NCBI GenBank assembly: GCA_963555825.3
Contig: CAUVXB020000002.1
Location: forward strand, 3,296,001-3,360,000
Direction: 5' to 3'
Length of the DNA stretch: 64,000 bases
Source: Alphaproteobacteria bacterium
Lineage (GTDB): Bacteria; Pseudomonadota; Alphaproteobacteria; JAAXGF01
Shown: in pieces, positions 57,051 through 64,000 of the stretch
How the letters are laid out: every line of letters begins with the position of its first letter
How positions within the stretch are numbered: position 1 is the stretch's first letter
Translations under genes and position numbers: made by a program
Notes under the pieces: model-generated
Databases searched by the model: none
What the model was told of the DNA's origin: nothing
The model's input: only the letters and a program-made list of their open reading frames with translations

Positions 57051-57706
57051 TGGCTCTGCTACAATGAACAAGTGCAGAGGTTATATCACAACAGTGCTGT
57101 GGATCCCAATCCATTCTGCACAAGGGGTCAGGTAGATCTCCGAAGGGCGCAACTGGAGCAGCTATTCCTCACGGCCTACTTGTCGTTGTCTTCAACGCTG
57201 ATCGCGATGAACTGCTCTTCACTGAACCTGGATTGCCGCATGTGCGTCTCGTCGGCGATGGACTTTCCGATCAGACGAGGGAGCCAAGGGGCTCAGGTCT
57301 CGGGGATCAGTGCGTCTTTCGACGACAACACGTATGACGTGCGGGCTATGGACTGGCAAGGAGCGGCACAGATGATGAAGGTTACCGTGCGGTGAATTGT
57401 TCGGCTATGGCTTCGACTCCTTCAATACGCTGTCGACCACGCGATCTACCAAGGTCCTTTCTTGGACGAGGGGATGATCGTCGGGCGGCGGCGCGCCGAT
57501 GCGGATGTGTTCGCAAAGAATGTCGAAATCGAGCATCGCGCCAATCAACCAGCAGCACGAATACAGGCAGTTGTACAGGGCGAGAAACAGGCGGCCTTCG
57601 TTAGACGCGGAAGAAGGTGGATCAAATTTTCCATCCTGCAGGATACCGCCAAAGGACATCAGGGTTTCGCCATTAGGATGACAGTGGCGAAGGCCGTAAC
57701 AGCCGC

Positions 57707-58483
57707 GTGGTATTCGCGGCGGAGCAGAGCGGCGCGCACTACATCAGGGCTGGCGATTCCGATTACTTCAACGATAGCGGCACCTACACGTTGGAGGTGA
57801 CAGAGAACGCACCACCCGAAGCGCAGCAGCAAGTAGTCCCGCAGCCCCCAGTCTTCGGCACGCAGGGCTATGCCTTCGCGCTGGCGGAGAACGCCGACGG
57901 CAGCACCAATCGGGTGGCGGTCGGCACGGTCTCGGCGACGGACCCCGAGGGCGCGGCGCTCAGCTACAGCCTCGAGGGCGGCAATGCCTCGGGACTGTTC
58001 GAGATCGATGCCGCCAGCGGCGAGCTGTTCTACACGGGCTCGGGCGAGGACTTCGAGACCGGCTCCGGTTCGTTCGAGCTCACGGTGCGAGCAAGCGACG
58101 GCGACCTCTTCACCGATACGAGTGTTGTCGTCGGCGTCGCCGACGTGCAGGAGGTTCCGGCGTTCGGCCAGCAGGGCTACGCCTTCGACCTGACGGAGAA
58201 CAGCGATGGCGGTACGAACAGGGTGTCGCTCGGCACTGTCGCGGCGGCGGACCCGGACGGCGCGGCGCTCAGCTACAGCCTCGAGGGCGGCAACGCCTCG
58301 GGCCTGTTCGAGATCGACGCCGCCAGCGGCGAGCTGTTCTATGTGGGCGCGGGCGAGGACTTCGAGGCGGGCACGGGTTCGTTCGAGCTGACGGTGCGGG
58401 CGAGCGACGGCGACCTCTTCACCGATACGAGGGTTGTCGTCGGTGTCGCCGATGTGCAGGAGGCTCCGGCGTTCGGCCAGCAG
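57707..58483 (+). pseudogene. Fragment of a large surface protein with tandem cadherin-like repeats
   Basis: 309-bp (103-aa) units starting at 57854, 58163 and a stub at 58472, with motifs AEN, ATDPEG, FEID, EDFE, VRASDG. Confidence 0.82.
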
Positions 58484-58490
58484 CGGTCCG

Positions 58491-59042
58491 ATGAAGGGCG
58501 CGGCGAGGAACGGAGCCGCGGACGCTCTACGCACGGCCGCCGTGGCGGCGTTCACGGTGGCTGCCCTACTGGCCGGGCCCGACGCGGCGCTTGCCACCAC
58601 CGACACCACCTTCGGGAGTCCGCTCGACACGGTGCAGGACATCGTCGGCGGCACCGGCGGGCAGCTCGCGGCGGCGCTCGCTGTCCCTCAACGCCTTGCC
58701 CGCTTTGAACGACGGCGCCTTCGAGGCCGGTATCGCGACCGCCTCCCCGGTTCCCGGATTTCTTCCGGTACGCGCCTCCCGGCTCCGCGTCGCGAATGTG
58801 CCGAACCCGGCGATCCGCACGGACTCTTCCCTGGCCAGGGATGCACCGATCGCCTCGAACACGGTGTCGACCGCCGCTTCCGCCTCGGCCTTGCCCAGCT
58901 TCAGCCTGACCGCCAATCGCCGTGCCGACCAGGCCGGTGACGATGCCGGTGCCGGCGCCTGCCGCGATGCCGACGCCGACCGCGCCCATGAGCTGCATCG
59001 CGTTGAAGCGCAGCACCGAGCCGACCAGCGCGGCGCCGACAG
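58491..59042. pseudogene. TraA-like conjugative pilin and an HU gene, both broken by a 352-bp inversion
   Basis: Pilin N-half on + (58491-58685). Pilin C-half and HU body on - (59037-58686). Inverted ctgtc/gacag at the breakpoints. Confidence 0.8.
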
Positions 59043-59089
59043 GATGAAGCGCGGCCCGCAACCGGGTTCCAGGGGTCGTGGGGATGAGC

Positions 59090-59356
59090 GACTCCTGTTA
59101 CGGCCGGTCGGACCTGACGGAAGAGGCGGAAGAGGAGCTCGGGCGGCTGGCGCCGGGGCTGATCCCGGAGTTCGTGCGCAACCTGAACGCATGGAGGAAG
59201 TCCCGGCAGGTCGGGAAACGCAACAGGGGGCCGGCGGGGTAGCCTGCGGGGTTGGATTTGAACGAACCGTCGGGGTCCGGGCGCAAGGTGGGGCGCAACG
59301 AGCCCTGCCCCTGCGGCTCGGGCCGGAAATACAAGAGCTGCTGCGGTGCGCACTGA
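59090..59356 (+). pseudogene. YecA/UPF0149-like 3' fragment with SEC-C motif
   Basis: [21 protein letters not shown], with an internal TAG near 59240. Confidence 0.8.
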
Positions 59357-59505
59357 CCGGCGGATCGGCGACGACGGAACGGATGCGGCGAGGTGCTGCC
59401 GGGCGTCGCAGCAGGCGGGAATTCGTGGTAGTCGGTGTCTGGAACCGGGCGATGTGTCATCCTGGAATGGCGGAACGGCACAGCATCACGGTGGGAAGTG
59501 ACGAG

Positions 59506-59793
59506 ATGAACAAGACGGAGATGACCGACCGTTTGGCTGCCCGCACGGGGCTGAGCAAGGGCGCTGCAAGGGACGTGGTGGACGGTGTGTTCGCGATCAT
59601 CGGCGAAACTCTTGCCGATGGCGAGGAGGTCCGGCTGCCGGGGTTCGGAACCTTCGGCACCAGGAGCCGGCCGGCTCATACCGGACGCAACCCAAGGACC
59701 GGCGAGGCCGTTGCGATATCGGCGTCCACATCGCCGACGTTCAAGGCGGGGAAGACGCTGAAGGATACCGTGAATGCGGGTCCGGGGTCATGA
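59506..59793 (+). CDS. HU-family DNA-binding protein
   Basis: MNKTEM...GFGTF...TGRNPRTGE...FKAGKTLKDTVN. Confidence 0.93.
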   Translation: MNKTEMTDRLAARTGLSKGAARDVVDGVFAIIGETLADGEEVRLPGFGTFGTRSRPAHTGRNPRTGEAVAISASTSPTFKAGKTLKDTVNAGPGS

Positions 59794-60098
59794 CGGTGCG
59801 ACGAGAGCAGACCGCGACTGGGAGCGCCATGAGCAATCTGCATATGGAACCCGGGCGATTTCTATACGATGACGGACACACTACGAACTGTCCGACCGGC
59901 GTCAGGAAAACCCAAGGCGTGCGCCGGGTTGGGGGTCGCGCCGCTACCAGCCAGGATGCCGGATCGCATAGGAGGCAAGAAGGTCATGCAGAGTAGAGTC
60001 GCTCCCTGACGGGCCTTCGCGAACTAAGAATTTGTAAGTCCAGACACCGAGGGGAATATGCCAAACAAGACTCGGCTAAGTATCTCAGTCGAAGAAAC

Positions 60099-61203
60099 CT
60101 TGCCTATCCGGTTTACACCCACACCCACTAGGGCTAGAATGGGCGCAAACCGGATATAGGGGAGCGCGCCATGGATGTTCTCGACCGCGCCGATCTCCCA
60201 TTCCCGCATTCGCTACCCGAGTTCCAGCGACTTTTCCCCGATGATGCGGCCTGCGCCGCCTACCTGGAGAAAGCCCGCTGGGGAGACGGCTTTGCCTGCC
60301 CGCACTGCGGCACGGCGGGAGAGCCGTTCCACTTTGAAAACCGCCCTGGCGTCCTGCGCTGCCGCAAGTGCCGCCAGAACACCGGGCTGACGGTGGGAAC
60401 AGTGATGGAGCGTAGCCACACTCCGCTGAACGTCTGGTTCTGGGCCGCTTATCTGGTCGCCAGTCAGACGCCCGGCATGTCCGCCGTGCAGTTTCAGCGG
60501 CAACTTGGTCTTTCGCGCTACGAGACGGCCTTTCAAATTCTCCACAAGCTCCGCTCGGGCATGGTGCGGCCCAACCAAGACAGGATCGGTGGACAGCCCA
60601 AGAACCATGTTGAGGTGGACGAAACCTGGGTTGGCGGGCGAACGCGTGGGGAAGGCCGTGGTGTTCACCACAAGGTTCTCGTCTCCTGTGCCATCGAGGT
60701 GCGTCATCGAAAGCCGGGCACCAAGCTCGACAACCGGAAAGACGGACGCTATGCCGGACGCGTTCGGCTCGCCGTCGTGCTCGACCGTAGCGCCGAGTCG
60801 CTCTGTGGGTTCGTCGAGAGCACCGTCGCGCCGGGATCGCTGATCGTTACTGACGATTGGAGCGGCTATGCTGGCCTCGGTAAGCGCGGCTATGAGCACT
60901 TCGCTGTTGCCGAGTGTGGTGATCCAGAGGTTGCCGAGCAATACCTGCCGATCATCCATCTGGTTTTCGCCAACCTGAAGACGTGGCTGATCGGTATCCA
61001 CCACGGCGTTAGCCACCAGCACCTACAAGCCTACCTCAACGAGTTCACCTTCCGCTTCAACAGGCGGTTCTACCCGTTCAACGCCTTCCGCTCATTGCTC
61101 GGCATCGCGGGCGACACCTCTGCTCCAACCTATGCCGAGCTTTACTCGGGAGAGTGGCGGCACCCTACATGTAGCGGTCATGGGCGTTAACCGGATAGGC
61201 AAG
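60099..61203 (+). mobile_element. IS1595-family element (transposase 60171-61190)
   Basis: Zinc ribbon CPHC...CRKC, VEVDET, VTDD, YLNEFTFRFN. TIR cttgcctatccggtt / aaccggataggcaag. Confidence 0.92.
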
Positions 61204-61210
61204 ATTCGTT

Positions 61211-63076
61211 CTACGGGATGATCAGCACCATCTTGGCGAAGATGAGATCGGGATCATCGCCGATGAGATGATGGTTCGCCTTCACTATTCTCGTCCACAG
61301 GTGGCCATTTCGATAGAAGAATACGGCGATCTTCGAGAGCGAGTCCCCTTCCTGGACGGTGTAGATGCCCCGCGCATTAGTGAGTCTCGCCACCCCGCTC
61401 TGGGCCACTTCGATCGCGAGACGGGCGCTTTCAAGCTGCTGGCGCTGAGATTCGTTGAGACGACTGACATTGGCGCTTTGCCTCAGCAGCAGATCGTACT
61501 CCTGGGTTAGATCCGCCGCCTTGGACCGGGCATGCTCAAGGTCTCCGCTCGTCAGCGCGAACTCGCGTTCGAGATCGGTCGCGGTGTCTTCCAGCTTGCT
61601 AAGCTCTTCACGAAGCCGATCACTTTCCACGGTCCTTGTCGACAGCTCTAGCCTGAGACGATCGCCATCCGACGTCGCCTGCGCGAGTGCGTGCTTGAGC
61701 TCGTCGTTGCGACGGGTCAACTCCTGATTCTGGGCTATCGCCTGATTGGTCTGGCTTAGCAATACGGCCAGCTCGTCCTCTTTCGCGCTGAGGGCATGGC
61801 GTTGTGTCTGCAGCTGGCGGCTGAGCTCGTCGCGTTCGCCGAGCACCCTCGATCGCTGCGTCTTTAGCTCGGCCACCTCGGATTCGGATCGTCGAGTCTC
61901 GGCAGTGAGCTGCTGGACGGAGCTTCGCGCACTGCCCAGGTGGTCCTCGAGCTGCGAGTTGAGAGCTTCGAGCTCCATCACTCGAGCGGTGGCCACCCCA
62001 AGCGTGGTTTCTAGCTCCTGCATCGACATTTCGGCAAACTCGAGCGAACGCGATTGTTCCGCCACCGAGGCGTTTCGAGCCGCGAGCAAGGACTGTGTTT
62101 CCGCTAGCTCGGAGCGCTGCTGTTCCAATGTCGAAAGCAGGTTCTCGACGTCCGCCACTTGTCGTCGAGCGTCGGCCCGAGCTTCCGCGAGCTCGGTCTG
62201 CAAAGCGGCTGTCGCGGCTTCGAGTGTCTGAATCTGACCGCGGGAGACTTCGAGCTCGCTCGCCAGCGACTCGACCGATGCCTTGGCGACGTCGCGCGTG
62301 CCGGTGAGCCTCGTCACCTTGGCCTCACGTTCGCGCAGCTGTGCCTCGAGCTCGGCGAAGGCAAGTCTGAGACCGTCGAGGTCACTCGACATTTGTGCAT
62401 TCGTTATGTTTTCTTGCTCGAGCTGACGCCGGAGGACCGAGTTCTTAGCCTCTAACTCGTCGCCTCGCGCCCTCGATGCGCTCAGTTCGCGGTTGAGCGC
62501 CTCGGATGCCGACTCGGCCTTGTCGAGCGCCTGTCGGGCCTGCAGCTGCGCAGCCCCGAGGGATAACAGCATCACAGCCTTCTCTTCGAGCCGCGCCGCG
62601 GTGCTTTCGAGATCAGACTCAACGGTCCGCAAATCGGTTTGCAGCCGCTCACGATCTGATTCGAGCTCGGTAATCCGGCCGCTTCGAGACTCGGCCACCT
62701 CATCGAGCTGTCGCCGGTCTTCTCCAGCACGGGCAAGCGTTTGCCGGGTCTCGGCAAGGGAAGCTTCGAGCTGTTCAATCTGTTTGCTTTTTTCCGACAG
62801 CTGCTGGCCTAGGCTATTGCTTGCGGTGGTGATGGTGGCGATCTGAGCGGCCAGACGATCGCGTTCTGCTGCTGCTTGCTCTGCACTTTGACGCGCCCGA
62901 TCCAGTTTTTCAGACGCCTCCTGCAGCTTGGCGTCGAACTGCTCTTTCGCCCTCTCGAGCGCTGCTTCCTGTACCGCCACGCCCTGGCTTAGCCGGTAAG
63001 CGTGCACAGACATGCCGATGAGCAAGGCCAGGGTCACAAGTGCTCCAGCTACGGTCCACGATCCGGATTTTTTCAT
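61211..63076 (-). CDS. Membrane-anchored long coiled-coil protein with C-terminal LysM domain
   Basis: N-terminal TM helix, about 530 aa of heptads, YTVQEGDSLSKIA...IVKAN...PDLIF. Confidence 0.85.
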   Translation of the reverse strand: MKKSGSWTVAGALVTLALLIGMSVHAYRLSQGVAVQEAALERAKEQFDAKLQEASEKLDRARQSAEQAAAERDRLAAQIATITTASNSLGQQLSEKSKQIEQLEASLAETRQTLARAGEDRRQLDEVAESRSGRITELESDRERLQTDLRTVESDLESTAARLEEKAVMLLSLGAAQLQARQALDKAESASEALNRELSASRARGDELEAKNSVLRRQLEQENITNAQMSSDLDGLRLAFAELEAQLREREAKVTRLTGTRDVAKASVESLASELEVSRGQIQTLEAATAALQTELAEARADARRQVADVENLLSTLEQQRSELAETQSLLAARNASVAEQSRSLEFAEMSMQELETTLGVATARVMELEALNSQLEDHLGSARSSVQQLTAETRRSESEVAELKTQRSRVLGERDELSRQLQTQRHALSAKEDELAVLLSQTNQAIAQNQELTRRNDELKHALAQATSDGDRLRLELSTRTVESDRLREELSKLEDTATDLEREFALTSGDLEHARSKAADLTQEYDLLLRQSANVSRLNESQRQQLESARLAIEVAQSGVARLTNARGIYTVQEGDSLSKIAVFFYRNGHLWTRIVKANHHLIGDDPDLIFAKMVLIIP

Positions 63077-63157
63077 TGTCGAGGTCCTCGTATGTCACGC
63101 TGCGGCTATTGGACCACACGAGATCAATTCACGTAAATTGCAAAGTTTGCCGGCTCT

Positions 63158-64000
63158 TGCCGAATCTCACGAAAGTAGCCACCCAATATCAGGCAAAGTA
63201 GCCACCGATTCTCACCAAAGTAGCCACCCCTTCGGGGCGGCCGATTTTGGTTCGACTCAGTGTGCCGTCCTACGTCTCGGATTTTCGCGAAGTGTCCGAG
63301 GGGGATGCGATGGCACGGGGAAGGTTGGCGATGAGAAAGGTGAAGAAGATTCTTGCGTTTCATTTCGACGAGGGCCGCAGCGCCCGCGCCATCGCGACCC
63401 ACTGCGGTCTTGCACGGCGCTCGGTGGCGCAGACCCTGGAGCGGTTCGCCGCCTCCGGGCTGAGCTGGCTGGAGGCCCGCGACCTGGACGAGGAGGTCCT
63501 GGAGGCGGCGCTCTATCGGATATCCCGGGCTTCGGATTGGCCGGAGGTGGACTGGGCGAAGGTCGAGAAAGACCTGTCCGGCCGTGGCATGACGCTGATG
63601 CTGCTGTGGGAGGAATGGCGCGAGACGCATCCCGACGGGATGAGCTATCCGACCTGGTGCCGCCGGTTCCGGGAATGGCGGCCGCGCCGGGACGTGACGA
63701 TGCGCCAGAACCGCCGCCCCGGCGAGCGTCTGTTCGTCGATTACGCCGGCATGACGGCTCCACTCCTGGTCGAGGGGGTCGAGCACGAGGCGCAGGTGTT
63801 CGTGGCCTCGATGGGGGTGTCGGGGCGGCTCTACGCCGAGGCGACGCTGACCCAGAAGATTGAGGACTGGTGCGCCTCGCACGTGCGCTGCTTCGAGGAC
63901 ATGGGCTGGGCGCCGCGGCTGGTGGTTCCGGACAACATCAAGCCGGCGGTGACACAGCCGTCGCGCTACGAGCCGGTCCTGAACGAGACCTATGCCGATC
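63158..64000 (+). mobile_element. IS21-family element (third type); istA from 63310 runs off the window
   Basis: TG end with three aaagtagccacc repeats. Frame reads MRKVKKIL...LLWEEW...PGERLFVDYAG...VPDN. Confidence 0.88.

Noticed and set aside
58591-59793. 400-aa HU fusion protein
   Set aside because: The upstream part is a spurious frame across scrambled fragments. The real HU starts at 59506.
63158-63235. Short direct repeats (aaagtagccacc x3) as a CRISPR array or iterons
   Set aside because: Spacing is too short, and they are typical IS21 subterminal transposase-binding repeats. No CRISPR array or cas gene was seen anywhere in the window.
1-64000. tRNA or rRNA genes
   Set aside because: No cloverleaf or rRNA-like sequence was recognised by eye. 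A tRNAscan/Infernal run would be needed to exclude them fully.

Overview
GC-rich alphaproteobacterial DNA (DinB of the N-terminal Cys-motif type, probably a host-associated or symbiont lineage) in heavy mobile-element decay. By my tally about 35 kb, over half the window, is insertion sequence: IS21 x6, IS3 x3, a second IS3-like element x2 with 14-bp target duplications, IS256, IS630, IS6, IS66, ISKra4, IS1595, an rve element, and IS1/IS110/group II intron remnants. Many of these are nested. The non-IS content is a 2-aminoethylphosphonate/iron-type ABC operon, a lytic transglycosylase lipoprotein, a cluster of arm-domain tyrosine recombinases with HU genes, a defence island (Dsr1-like sirtuin split by two ISs, AbiE type IV toxin-antitoxin), a LysM coiled-coil protein, and many chimeric gene fragments. 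The most notable items are: (i) a complete IS66 element with an expanded coiled-coil transposase carrying a translationally coupled DUF4338/DruA-like gene, inserted into the Dsr1-like gene; (ii) a multi-integrase + HU module; (iii) an IS3-like element making 14-bp duplications; (iv) IS-independent microhomology rearrangements, including an in-frame DinB-integrase fusion and a 352-bp inversion that breaks a pilin and an HU gene. All family names come from motif recognition, not database searches.
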